From assembly GCF_041248615.1 (NCBI RefSeq), contig NZ_CP158426.1: a stretch of DNA of 64,000 bases; one strand, given 5' to 3'. The stretch's first letter is position 1. Each line of letters opens with the position of its first letter. The notes under the pieces are model-generated. The model saw only the letters and a list, made by a program, of their open reading frames with translations, was not told where the DNA came from and made no database searches. Shown here piece after piece: positions 9,038 to 18,514 of the stretch. The position numbers and the translations under genes were made by a program. Origin of the DNA: Escherichia coli. Its GTDB lineage: Bacteria; Pseudomonadota; Gammaproteobacteria; Enterobacterales; Enterobacteriaceae.

Positions 9038-10522
9038 TCAGTACTTGAAGTTATCCGGGAGGAAACGACTGATCTCGACCTCCATGAATTCGCTGCGGCG
9101 AAACTGGCCTTTCATCGTGAACGGAACGGTACAGTCGAAAATAGTTTTACAGGCGATCCCGTGGTCGCGGACGGAGTAACTAAAAGCCGGGTCAGAGGAC
9201 GGATCGAGGGGATGGCACCTTACGCCGGGTATGAACACCGTGCTGATATCCCCCTGATAGCGTGTCGTCATTGCCCATATCACGTCATTGAGATCGAAAA
9301 TATCCACATCGTCATCAACCAGAATCACATGCTTGAGTTCCGAGAATGCGGAGAAGGCCAGAAGAGCCGCCTGGCGCTGACGACCTTCATCGTTTGGCAG
9401 ACGTTTTTTCACCTGCAATACGGCAAGATATTTTCCGGTCCCGGGTGACGGGCAGTGAACATTTTGCACAAAGCCGGGAAGGGCGCGCTCCACCAGTTGC
9501 AGAATACTGGCCTCGGTGGGGATCCCTGCCATATTGGTATGCTCGTCACTTGGACCAATGCAGGTCTGTAGAATTGGGTGACGGCGGTGGGTGATGGCTT
9601 TCACTTTTATCACTGGCACCATTTGCTGTGCCTGTCCGGTATAGCCGGGGAATTCCGGCATGGCTTTACCACTGTTGGTATTTTGATCCTCCCTGACCCG
9701 ATAGTTAGGAATGAGTTCCCCCTCGATAACGACTTCGGCGTTCGCAATGGCCCGGGCATTCACGGTCAGACACTGGCACAGCTCAACAGGCTGTTTACGC
9801 AAGCTCCCTGCCACTGACAGTTCGTCAAAACCAAGTGGAGTTGTGGGCGGTTCGAAGCAGGCACCGATTTCAATGGCTGGGTCAACACCAATGCTGATCG
9901 AGATGGGAAGTGGGGCCCCATCTTCCTCTGCTTTCTGACGGAACAAATCCAGATGCCGACCGGGAACGAAGTACATGGATATTTCATCCCTGTTTTGCAC
10001 GCACAGTCGGTGAATAGTGATGTCATGCTCGCCGGTATGTGGATCGGCGGCGTAGCACATACCGAGAGTGAAGTAAGGACCGGCATCCTCCGGCGTATTC
10101 GTGGGTGCTGGCAGGATATTGAGGATACTGAAATCCGGATCGGATGCCAGATGGACTACTTCCTGACAGACGGCATTTTCCTGCGGAATAACGACAGGAC
10201 TTATCGGGGTGCTTACCGCGTCTTTCAGTAAAAAGGCCAGCTTATCGGGTGTGGTATCCAGTAGCCGGGCCACGCGTTTTCGCGAGGCGAGAAGACCTAT
10301 CAGCACTCGCATATCGGTATAGCCTTTAATCCGGTTAAAGAGCATGGCTGGACCGATACGAGTCGGACGCATGACCGTACCGTGTGCCCCAATGTAGCGG
10401 TACACCCCTGACAGTTCTGCACTTGGATCAACGGGTTCATCGGTTTCGATAAGCTCATCATCAAACTTGCGCAGTACGGCCAGCGCACTGCGTAGGTCAG
10501 TCACTTTTTGTGTTTGAGACAT
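9038..10522 (-). CDS. UbiD-family (prFMN-dependent) decarboxylase
   Basis: 494-aa ORF with UbiD-like size and sequence character; paired with UbiX-like gene as in non-oxidative aromatic acid decarboxylase operons. Confidence 0.8.
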   Translation of the reverse strand: MSQTQKVTDLRSALAVLRKFDDELIETDEPVDPSAELSGVYRYIGAHGTVMRPTRIGPAMLFNRIKGYTDMRVLIGLLASRKRVARLLDTTPDKLAFLLKDAVSTPISPVVIPQENAVCQEVVHLASDPDFSILNILPAPTNTPEDAGPYFTLGMCYAADPHTGEHDITIHRLCVQNRDEISMYFVPGRHLDLFRQKAEEDGAPLPISISIGVDPAIEIGACFEPPTTPLGFDELSVAGSLRKQPVELCQCLTVNARAIANAEVVIEGELIPNYRVREDQNTNSGKAMPEFPGYTGQAQQMVPVIKVKAITHRRHPILQTCIGPSDEHTNMAGIPTEASILQLVERALPGFVQNVHCPSPGTGKYLAVLQVKKRLPNDEGRQRQAALLAFSAFSELKHVILVDDDVDIFDLNDVIWAMTTRYQGDISTVFIPGVRCHPLDPSSDPAFSYSVRDHGIACKTIFDCTVPFTMKGQFRRSEFMEVEISRFLPDNFKY

Positions 10523-10651
10523 TACGTTTTCCTCAGTAAGTCGCCGGGAGACAGCATGCCCGGTGTGCTTTTATCTTCATCCTGCAGGCAATCACAGGAC
10601 GAGCCGTTACATCACTGACAGTATGTGAGGCAACATAAATCCCCGTCTAAT

Positions 10652-10675
10652 CACATTAACGACGTTTTTAATGTG
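10652..10675. promoter_or_regulatory. Interrupted palindrome CACATTAA-N8-TTAATGTG, candidate LysR-type regulator binding site
   Basis: Located in divergent intergenic region between the UbiD-like operon and the LysR gene; dyad of the kind used by LTTRs. Confidence 0.4.
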
Positions 10676-10710
10676 GGATTGTTATCGAAAAATAGTGATT
10701 GGAGGAACGT

Positions 10711-11592
10711 GTGGACTATCGGTATTTGCATGCATTTGTGGTGCTTGCCAGAGAACTGCATTTTGGAAAAGCCGCACTGCGGCTCAACATCACGCAGCCA
10801 GCCTTAAGCCGTCAGATTAGAGTGCTGGAAGATCAGCTTGGCATGGTGCTATTTACGCGTGATCGTCGTCATGTGGCGCTGACTGTGGAAGGAACTCAGC
10901 TTGCAGCGGAGGCGCGGAGCGCCGTCAGTCATTACGAAAAAATGCTGAGCCGTGCGAGTAGCCTTCGAAAAGGCTATAAAGGACAACTCATACTGGGTTA
11001 TGTCGGATCTTCCATTCTTGATCCCGCCCTGACACGGTTAATCACCTGTTTTCGCGAGACTAAACCGGATGTTGAGATTGTTATTGAGGAGCACAACGTT
11101 GACGAACAGCTCACCCTCCTGCTCGACCATCAACTGGATATGGGGCTGCTCCGATCGCCTGTTCCGCATTTTGCCAACCTGGACTACGTGGATATCGCCA
11201 CCAGGTCACTCATCGCCGCAGTACCGCACACGCATCCGCAGGCAGGAGTCGGTAAAATAGAGCTGGAGACGTTGTCCGGGGATACATTTATGATCCAGAA
11301 AGATCCGCCCGGGGTCGGGCTAGGCTGGTCTGCATTACATGCCTGTGAGATGGCCAGTTTTGTCCCACCCAAAATCTATTTTACTCGCGATGTTGCGGTG
11401 GCTATTGGCATGGTGTCGATGGGAATAGGAGTTACGCTGGTGCCAGAAACCCAGCGTTCTGTAACGTTGCCTAATGTCTGCTACTGCCTGCTGCACGATC
11501 CCGAGGTCACAACGACCTTAACGCTTTGCTGGCCGAAATTCAGGAAAAGCAGGGAATTGATAGAGTTTGTACGCTCTTTAACGCTTGGTTGA
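10711..11592 (+). CDS. LysR-family transcriptional regulator
   Basis: N-terminal HTH LHFGKAALRLNITQPALSRQIRVLEDQLG; GTG at 10711 with GGAGG 5 nt upstream (ORF track starts at TTG 10699); divergent from decarboxylase operon. Confidence 0.85.
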   Translation: MDYRYLHAFVVLARELHFGKAALRLNITQPALSRQIRVLEDQLGMVLFTRDRRHVALTVEGTQLAAEARSAVSHYEKMLSRASSLRKGYKGQLILGYVGSSILDPALTRLITCFRETKPDVEIVIEEHNVDEQLTLLLDHQLDMGLLRSPVPHFANLDYVDIATRSLIAAVPHTHPQAGVGKIELETLSGDTFMIQKDPPGVGLGWSALHACEMASFVPPKIYFTRDVAVAIGMVSMGIGVTLVPETQRSVTLPNVCYCLLHDPEVTTTLTLCWPKFRKSRELIEFVRSLTLG

Positions 11593-12133
11593 ATCTTAAG
11601 AAGCTGCAGTTGAGTCATAGCCAGCGATCAAAATTGAGAAGACAAAACCGGGGAGAGGTGCCCGCAGTTTCTGCCCCAGCTCCCATCTTCAGGAAGATGT
11701 GTTTCAGGAATGCATTCGTGATGCTGGGGATAGCGGCAAGACGATTTTCTCATCGGGTAACTCTGCGGTATCGGAACAGTTGACGACGGCAGGGTGGTGA
11801 ATGGGAACCTCAGGATGAAGCGCTCGGGCAAGAGGGATGGACTGTGCTGAAGAGAACACTGACAGAACGAGCATGATGCTTGCAAAAAGGGGACTCTGGA
11901 TATTCATTGTTTATCTCCTGATGATATTCATCGCTCCAGAGAATACGCTTGCCACTCTTTTTATTTGTTTTCCTGAATTAAAAATGCCCGGTTTTATGTG
12001 GTTCTTCCGTAAACGTTATTACATTAATTAACATCTAGTTTCTATCTCCGAAATGAGGTAAAAAAATAATTGTCGTGGTTTTTATCAAACAAATTTACCG
12101 GCAGCTCAGATCCGAACTAATACCTGGAAATTC

Positions 12134-12182
12134 AAACCCCAAACCCCAAACCCCAAACCCCAAACACCAAACCCCAAACACC
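12134..12182. repeat. Tandem heptanucleotide repeat (AAACCCC/AAACACC) x7
   Basis: Read directly: four AAACCCC, then AAACACC, AAACCCC, AAACACC; complementary strand is (GGGGTTT)n. Confidence 0.9.
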
Positions 12183-12412
12183 ATTTCACCGCTGGCGTGT
12201 AAGGGGCTCTATATCTGTTTATTCAGGGATAGTTTTTTCTCCCGTGTGATTTCCGTTCATGTATCTGCTTCCGGTTAATCGTTTCCCAGCACAACCCGTC
12301 CCGCAAGGGTAAATGGCACGCCTGCTGCGCCCTTGCGGGATGGAACGATGCCGGGAAAGCGAACCGTCAGGCGATACGAAGACGAAAATCACACCACTGA
12401 CGGAGAAAAAAA

Positions 12413-13357
12413 ATGACTATGTCCCTGCATACCAAGATAAGTGCCCCTAACACGACAGCGGCGACCAGCGTATCCTCGCTGGATCTGTCAGGCTCCTCAA
12501 AAACGAAATGTTCAACAGCCAGAACCGATATTTATCAGACTGTTACCGACAGCATAATTGCGGCGCTGGAAACCGGAGTAAAACCTTGGGTGTGTCCTTG
12601 GCAGCGAGCTCCCGGTATGTCCGGTTTACCGTCCAATTACGCCACTGGTAAGGCTTACAGCGGAATGAATATCATGTTGCTTTGGTGCAGCGCGTCAAAA
12701 CAGGGATTCTGTGATTCACGCTGGATGACCTACAAACAGGCAAAAGCGGTAGGTGGGCAGGTGCGCAAGGGAGAACACGGCACTACCGCGATTTTCTATA
12801 CCACGCTGGAAAAGGAAAATGATAACGGAGAAACTGACTATATTCCTATGCTGAAAGCATTCACTGTGTTTAATGTTGAACAAATTGACGGTTTACTCCT
12901 GAGTGATGATGCCGTTTTTCCGGCAGAGATCTTTGAGCCATTACCACGTGCAGAAGCACTTTTTCGTAGTAGCGGTGCAACCATTATTGAAAAAGGACAG
13001 AATGCTTTTTTTACACCATCAACCGACGAAATTCGCTTACCTGAACGGTATCTTTTTATTGATGCTGCTAATTTCTACGCAACCGGCCTGCATGAGCTCG
13101 TTCACTGGAGTGGGGCAAAAAGTCGGCTGAACCGTGAAATGAAAGGGAAATTTGGCAGCGAGGGGTATGCGTTTGAAGAGTTGATCGCTGAGCTGGGGAG
13201 CGCATTCCTGATGGCGGATCTGGGGATAGTTGGAGAAGTTCTGCATGACAGTTATATCGCTTCCTGGCTTAAAGCACTGAGGAATGATAAACGCTATATT
13301 TTCAAGGCCGCCAGCGCGGCATCGAAAGCACATCGCTATTTGATGGATAAAAGCTGA
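12413..13357 (+). CDS. ardC: ArdC-like antirestriction protein (ssDNA-binding N-domain plus zincin-like metallopeptidase C-domain)
   Basis: DIYQTVTDSIIAALETGVKPW N-terminal ArdC-type motif; HExxH motif GLHELVHWSG in C-terminal half; hairpin after stop. Confidence 0.75.
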   Translation: MTMSLHTKISAPNTTAATSVSSLDLSGSSKTKCSTARTDIYQTVTDSIIAALETGVKPWVCPWQRAPGMSGLPSNYATGKAYSGMNIMLLWCSASKQGFCDSRWMTYKQAKAVGGQVRKGEHGTTAIFYTTLEKENDNGETDYIPMLKAFTVFNVEQIDGLLLSDDAVFPAEIFEPLPRAEALFRSSGATIIEKGQNAFFTPSTDEIRLPERYLFIDAANFYATGLHELVHWSGAKSRLNREMKGKFGSEGYAFEELIAELGSAFLMADLGIVGEVLHDSYIASWLKALRNDKRYIFKAASAASKAHRYLMDKS

Positions 13358-13651
13358 GTAGCAAAAAGCCGCAAAGGAATGCGGCTTAATGGGCTGGGGG
13401 TACTAAACCAGTAAAGGTTTAGTCAGTAATATTAGTGAAGCAGAGCAAGTATCGAACAGTCATATTCCTGTAGTGGTATTAAGACAACCTTAAGAAGGGA
13501 CTGATGTATAGCTACTCTTGTATACCCATCCATGGAAAATTCGGTTGTATTGCCGGGTTGATATGTGCAGGTTGGTCCCGACCCAAGAAGTTTTTACTGT
13601 GAAAATTGTCAAACTATATCAATGTGGTAACAGCTTCTCTTGTCCCTTTGG

Positions 13652-14002
13652 TTATTTCAAATTGGACCGGGCTATCTGTTGCAACACGGTTGCTCTGCTT
13701 GAAACAGAGTTAACATATGCAACATCAGATACTTTGAGTTTGATCAGATCATAGCCTCGTAGCTTACTGTCCAAGGTCATATTGAACAGAGTTAAATCGC
13801 GCATTTTACCTTCCATTTCAAGCCTGATTCGGATCCCCCCTGATATGAGATATCTGAAGTGGTCTTTTTGGTCAGTGATACTTACAATACGGTCTTTGTC
13901 CCACGGTGACGTGTTCATACTCAAAGCTCCTGTAATGTTGGAGATTTGAGCATGGTTATCCCTCATGAGCGAGGAACGGACAATGTCCCTTGCGCGATCC
14001 AA
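13652..14002 (-). CDS. Hypothetical protein, possible recombinase-like remnant
   Basis: 116-aa ORF; weak resemblance (LRGYDLIKLKVSDV) to tyrosine recombinase core motif; no clear start context. Confidence 0.25.
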   Translation of the reverse strand: MDRARDIVRSSLMRDNHAQISNITGALSMNTSPWDKDRIVSITDQKDHFRYLISGGIRIRLEMEGKMRDLTLFNMTLDSKLRGYDLIKLKVSDVAYVNSVSSRATVLQQIARSNLK

Positions 14003-14200
14003 GATTGATTTTTCTTATTAAATTAAGCTATGGCTGACCTACGAACGATAGGCAAAATGCTCCTAAAGCTACGGCTTATGACAGTAAAAAACATATTGAT
14101 AAAAATCTGAGCTGGTTTAGAATGCTATAATGGAATAATTATTTATTTTCGGCCTTCAGTTTGATCATTTTTAGAAATCACCCTTTTGAAGGAATCTACA

Positions 14201-14995
14201 ATGGAATCAGAAGAAACGAAAGAAGAGAGTTATCAACAGCGTTCGGAGTTTATCAGAAAAATAATTCAACAGCCTGTTGAGGGTGTCATATCTTCATGCA
14301 CTATACCAAAAAAAATAATTCAATTTTGGGATTCATCCAATACTATCCCTAATGATGTCAGACATTGCATGAAATCATGGCGTATCTTAGAACCTTTTGG
14401 GTATGAGTATTTACTATATGATTTCGTTAGCGCCCAAGAATTTATTAAACATAATTTGGGTGAAACATACAGTGAAGCTTTTGCCAAGTGTACTCATCCT
14501 GCTATGCAATCAGATTATTTCCGATTATGTTATATCTCGGTAAACGGGGGATTTTATGTTGACACTGATGATGTTTATCTGGGTAGTGAGATAAGTAGTT
14601 TTTTCACGGATGATAAGTTAAAAATACAACCTTTATGCTACGATATTTCCACCGATTCTATGATTCCACCAGAAATTTTTACAAAGGAAAATACTTATGA
14701 AGAATCTTGGATTTTTTATTTCAACAACAACCCGTTAATTGCTCCGCCTCATCATGTTATCATTGATAAGGCACTAGAGCAATCCACATACTTACTTAAT
14801 AAATCAAGCTATCCTCTCACAGATATTCAGTCAACAACTGGTCCTGGTAATCTATCTAAATCTATTTTCTCGTGTCGCGAGGAAATAGATTTATTATCCC
14901 AGATTACGGTAGTATCAAACTGGCAAGATATTGCAGAAACTAAGTGGGATTTAGAATACAGAGCTGATTCTAGAAATTGGCGCTTGATGAATTAA
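14201..14995 (+). CDS. Glycosyltransferase with DXD motif (Gly_transf_sug-like)
   Basis: IIQFWDSSN...CMKSW and GGFYVDTDDVY motifs; ATG 14201 with GAAGGA upstream (track start is TTG 14186); AT-rich. Confidence 0.65.
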   Translation: MESEETKEESYQQRSEFIRKIIQQPVEGVISSCTIPKKIIQFWDSSNTIPNDVRHCMKSWRILEPFGYEYLLYDFVSAQEFIKHNLGETYSEAFAKCTHPAMQSDYFRLCYISVNGGFYVDTDDVYLGSEISSFFTDDKLKIQPLCYDISTDSMIPPEIFTKENTYEESWIFYFNNNPLIAPPHHVIIDKALEQSTYLLNKSSYPLTDIQSTTGPGNLSKSIFSCREEIDLLSQITVVSNWQDIAETKWDLEYRADSRNWRLMN

Positions 14996-15010
14996 CATGG
15001 ATTTTTAATA

Positions 15011-17212
15011 ATGAACATTAAAAATAATTTGAAAGGTATTAGCCGTTTTTTTTATTCTTTTTACTTACGCTCTCGGTTACTTCTCCCAGCGCAAAAATCA
15101 TCGACCTTTAATACATTAAATCAGAATGAAGGCGTTATTAGCAGGATTTACGCTATAAACTTAGAACGGGAAGCGATTAGATGGGCAGATTTAAATAAAG
15201 AACTGGGTAAAATACTAGATAAATCTAATAAAAAATTAACGAGCCAATTAACCAGATTCTCTGCTATAAACGCCAAAGAAATGTCAGACATTCTCAATGA
15301 GGAAGAGGTTATTCCTTATTATACTTTAGCAGACCAGTTGTACGTTGACCCTCAACCAAAAATCTTACCCGATAAATTTGATCTCGATGTCCCTATAAAA
15401 ATGAGTAAAGCGGAAATTGCTGTAGCATTATCGCATCTAAATGTTATTAGGCTTGTTGCAGAAGGTTCTGATGCATATGCTTTAGTGCTTGAGGATGACG
15501 TGTATTTTGAAAGAGATTTTGCCAAAACCTTAGATGCTGCTTGGTCTGAAATGATTCAAGCTGACAGATCTTCACCTGGTTTTGATATCTTATATTTGTC
15601 ATTTAAAGAGGTTATGAATGGCGCGAAAAAGAAAATTATTTCGAAAAGCATATTTAAACCAGAGCGAGGGTTATGGTATTTTTCAGGATATGTATTATCT
15701 AAGAAAGGAGCAAATAAAATCCTCTCACTCCTCCCAACTTATGGACCAATTGACTTATGGATAAATCATCAATTTGAGAAACTCGATGTGAGGGCAGTAT
15801 ATAAGTCGATCATTTCTCAGAGGTTGGATTTTAACTCTTCAAATTCCTATTCAATATTACCTACCTTAGTGAAGATTGGTATTATTGACAATGAAAAAGC
15901 TTCCAGTTTTAATGAACTTCCAAATTATTGGCCTGTTTTTGCATTTGGTGTAAGTGGTTCGGGTATTTCTTCTTTGGGTATGGCACTATCAATGCTTGGC
16001 TATAAGTGTTGTAGTGATATTGATAGACTTCCCAATGCAGACTTAAAAAATCTATTAAGTAATTCAGAGCAGAATGAATTCAATGCTTATGTAAATGTTG
16101 GCTGTCTCAGTAAGTATATCGGCATATTAAAAAAACAATATCCAAAAGCAAAATTTATAATTACCACGAGTGAATCAAAAGAAATCGAAGATGTTATTTT
16201 TAATATAATTGAGGAGATCGTTGATACTGACTATGTTGTATTGCATTCAGATGAAAAAAACAAATGGAAGGTTATATGTGAATACCTTCAATGCCCACCA
16301 CCTATTTCAGCGTACCCAGAAATGGCTGACATTATTCCTAGGCAGATTATAGATATCACCAGTGCAGCACAAATCAATAATTCAGAAATTAACATGATAC
16401 ATGACATTTCCCCTTGGATATTAGAAAGAAAGAATTTTTCAGGAAATGGTTTTTTTATAAAAGATAATCCGAAGAGAATTGAAAAAGAGCTTGCTGATTT
16501 CTTCATTAATGATTCACTACAAAATATTAATAATAACTATTGGGAAATTCGCGATGATACTTTCCCTGGAAATCTTGGACTGTTTCGACCTCAAAATGTG
16601 ATTCAAAATGATATTAGTGGTTTAGGTCTTGTAGTTAAGGAGGAACAGTTAGGCGTTAGAGAGTTTAGTGCTGCTGCGATTTCAAGTAGAATGAAGTTCC
16701 TATATGGCCGATTTGAAGTGTCCCTACGAGCGGCAAATGTTGCAGGGATAGTAACCGGCTTCTTTTTACATAGAGATTCGCCTCGTCAAGAAATCGATAT
16801 TGAGTTTGTTGGAAATCGATCTGATCATATGTTGATCAATGTTTTTTATAATCCTGGTGATGAAGGTGCAAAGTTTGATTATGGATATCGTGGTACACCA
16901 ACTCTTATTCCTTTAGGTTTTGATGCTTCTGAAGAGTTTCATGATTACATGATTGAATGGAGTCCTGATGAGATAAAATGGTTTGTGGATGGAGTTATGG
17001 TTTATCGTAGAGGAGTTTGGGGGCCTACACCTATACCTCATTTACCCATGACCCTTCATGCTAACACTTGGCCAACCCGTTCCAAGGAACTGGCGGGACG
17101 TCTCCACACGCGTTCCTTACCCTGTATCACTTATATTAGGAAAATATGTATTGATGCAACAATGGATGTTAATAATCCAAAATTAAATGACCAGACAGTA
17201 GTGGCTGGTTAA
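15011..17212 (+). CDS. Multidomain protein: GT25-like glycosyltransferase N-domain, central region, GH16-like C-terminal domain
   Basis: N-terminal RIYAINLEREAIRW and LVLEDDVYFE resemble family 25 glycosyltransferases; C-terminal EIDIEF matches the GH16 ExDxxE catalytic motif; 733 aa; AT-rich. Confidence 0.65.
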   Translation: MNIKNNLKGISRFFYSFYLRSRLLLPAQKSSTFNTLNQNEGVISRIYAINLEREAIRWADLNKELGKILDKSNKKLTSQLTRFSAINAKEMSDILNEEEVIPYYTLADQLYVDPQPKILPDKFDLDVPIKMSKAEIAVALSHLNVIRLVAEGSDAYALVLEDDVYFERDFAKTLDAAWSEMIQADRSSPGFDILYLSFKEVMNGAKKKIISKSIFKPERGLWYFSGYVLSKKGANKILSLLPTYGPIDLWINHQFEKLDVRAVYKSIISQRLDFNSSNSYSILPTLVKIGIIDNEKASSFNELPNYWPVFAFGVSGSGISSLGMALSMLGYKCCSDIDRLPNADLKNLLSNSEQNEFNAYVNVGCLSKYIGILKKQYPKAKFIITTSESKEIEDVIFNIIEEIVDTDYVVLHSDEKNKWKVICEYLQCPPPISAYPEMADIIPRQIIDITSAAQINNSEINMIHDISPWILERKNFSGNGFFIKDNPKRIEKELADFFINDSLQNINNNYWEIRDDTFPGNLGLFRPQNVIQNDISGLGLVVKEEQLGVREFSAAAISSRMKFLYGRFEVSLRAANVAGIVTGFFLHRDSPRQEIDIEFVGNRSDHMLINVFYNPGDEGAKFDYGYRGTPTLIPLGFDASEEFHDYMIEWSPDEIKWFVDGVMVYRRGVWGPTPIPHLPMTLHANTWPTRSKELAGRLHTRSLPCITYIRKICIDATMDVNNPKLNDQTVVAG

Positions 17213-17490
17213 TCATTAGAGTGAAAAGTAAATATTAGTAAGGCACTGGTAAAAATGTAGACACTATCAGTGCCTTAGTAGTTATCCCTCTGGATGGTTT
17301 TTTGACAATAATTTCCGTTTCTGGCACGGAACGGACAGAAAGCAGGGCCACCAAATCTCTCACGAGCCAAAAACCTAAATTATGATCTGACAGATACATG
17401 TATCAATGAAACTGTCGCTGTCAGATCAATTACGCCTTACTATCTGAAAATTATTTGATTTTCTGCATCGTGCATTCAAATTAACAATGT

Positions 17491-18342
17491 TCAGGAGGCA
17501 TAAACTGAAAGGAGTTCTTTAGCTGCCAATTGACCAAGTGCGTTGGCTGCAAAAGGACTGTCACCTGTCAGTACCTTACGATCTTTGTATACGCTTCCTT
17601 TAATATCATCATTAACAATATTCATCCCCATTTGCTTAAGTGCATCGCCAAAATACCATGTGAGATGGCCCGGCATATAACCAATGTCAGGCGTCTGCTT
17701 ATCAGCTGAATCAGGGAAAGCGCAAATAGAATACTCTTTTAGAGGGTTTTCACCATTGCGCAGCGAAAGGAATGCTGCTGGGCCATGGCAAAGGGATATG
17801 ACGAAGCGGTCATTGTCCATGAACCAGCGAAGAGTATCGGCTACTGCGCTGCTTTCTGGCAGCCCAATCAGTGCGCCGTGGCCACCAGGAATAAACACGG
17901 CAGCATATTCACTTTGCTTGTTCAGGCTATTCAATACATCAGACAATTTTTCAGGATTTTGGAACTTGTCTCTATACCGGCTGAAAAATGGCATAACTTT
18001 CTCATCCTTGTGCGGCATGGCCCAGTATTCGAACTTTGTCATGTAACCTGAGATTGTCGCAATGTCAAAATCAAAACCAGCAGCATGCAGGTGATACATT
18101 GGAATAAGCGTTTCAACAGGATGGTTTCCCGTTGAGAACAGAGCCCCGCTATCAGTCATCAGGTAACGCTCATCCGCAGCGATGACCAGCACCTTCTTCC
18201 CTCCCATGCACTGTTTGGGATAGTCGTAGTCACTAAGGTCAGATACGGGGCTGGTAAACTGACTAAGGGAATAGTCAGAGGGGAAAAATGCGTTTTCTTC
18301 AGCATGATCCACTTTCGGATGTTTACTTTTATCATTTGTCAT
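17491..18342 (-). CDS. hchA: Hsp31 / glyoxalase III (DJ-1/PfpI family), divergent HchA homologue
   Basis: 283-aa product from MTNDKSKHPKVDHAEENAFFPSDYSLSQ; strong but not identical similarity to recalled E. coli HchA (KFEYWAMPHKDEKVMPFF, FVISLCHGPAAFL, TGDSPFAANALG); track ORF 17491..18504 extends upstream into the IS2 flank. Confidence 0.85.
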   Translation of the reverse strand: MTNDKSKHPKVDHAEENAFFPSDYSLSQFTSPVSDLSDYDYPKQCMGGKKVLVIAADERYLMTDSGALFSTGNHPVETLIPMYHLHAAGFDFDIATISGYMTKFEYWAMPHKDEKVMPFFSRYRDKFQNPEKLSDVLNSLNKQSEYAAVFIPGGHGALIGLPESSAVADTLRWFMDNDRFVISLCHGPAAFLSLRNGENPLKEYSICAFPDSADKQTPDIGYMPGHLTWYFGDALKQMGMNIVNDDIKGSVYKDRKVLTGDSPFAANALGQLAAKELLSVYAS

Positions 18343-18514
18343 TACGTATTCCTCGTTGATTGGTGTTAACTCTCTTTCTCGGGCCTGAATTCGCCTGTTA
18401 TATGGGCGACCAGGATAGCCTGATAGACTGGCCCCATGAATCTCCAGACAACCAATATCACTTAAATAAGTGATAGTCTTAATACTAGTTTTTAGACTAG
18501 TCATTGGAGAGCAG

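Noticed and set aside
12075-12278. 67-aa ORF spanning the heptanucleotide repeat
   Set aside because: Its repetitive NPKPQTPNPK translation is produced by the repeat itself; no start context; treated as a DNA-level repeat rather than a gene.
13652-14002. Confident call of a tyrosine recombinase fragment
   Set aside because: Only one short motif resembles the recombinase core; the rest does not align in my reading, so it is kept as a low-confidence hypothetical.
17491-18504. Extended 337-aa version of the hchA-like ORF
   Set aside because: The extra 54 N-terminal codons run into the IS2 flank and have no counterpart in HchA proteins; the internal ATG at 18342 gives the expected 283-aa product.
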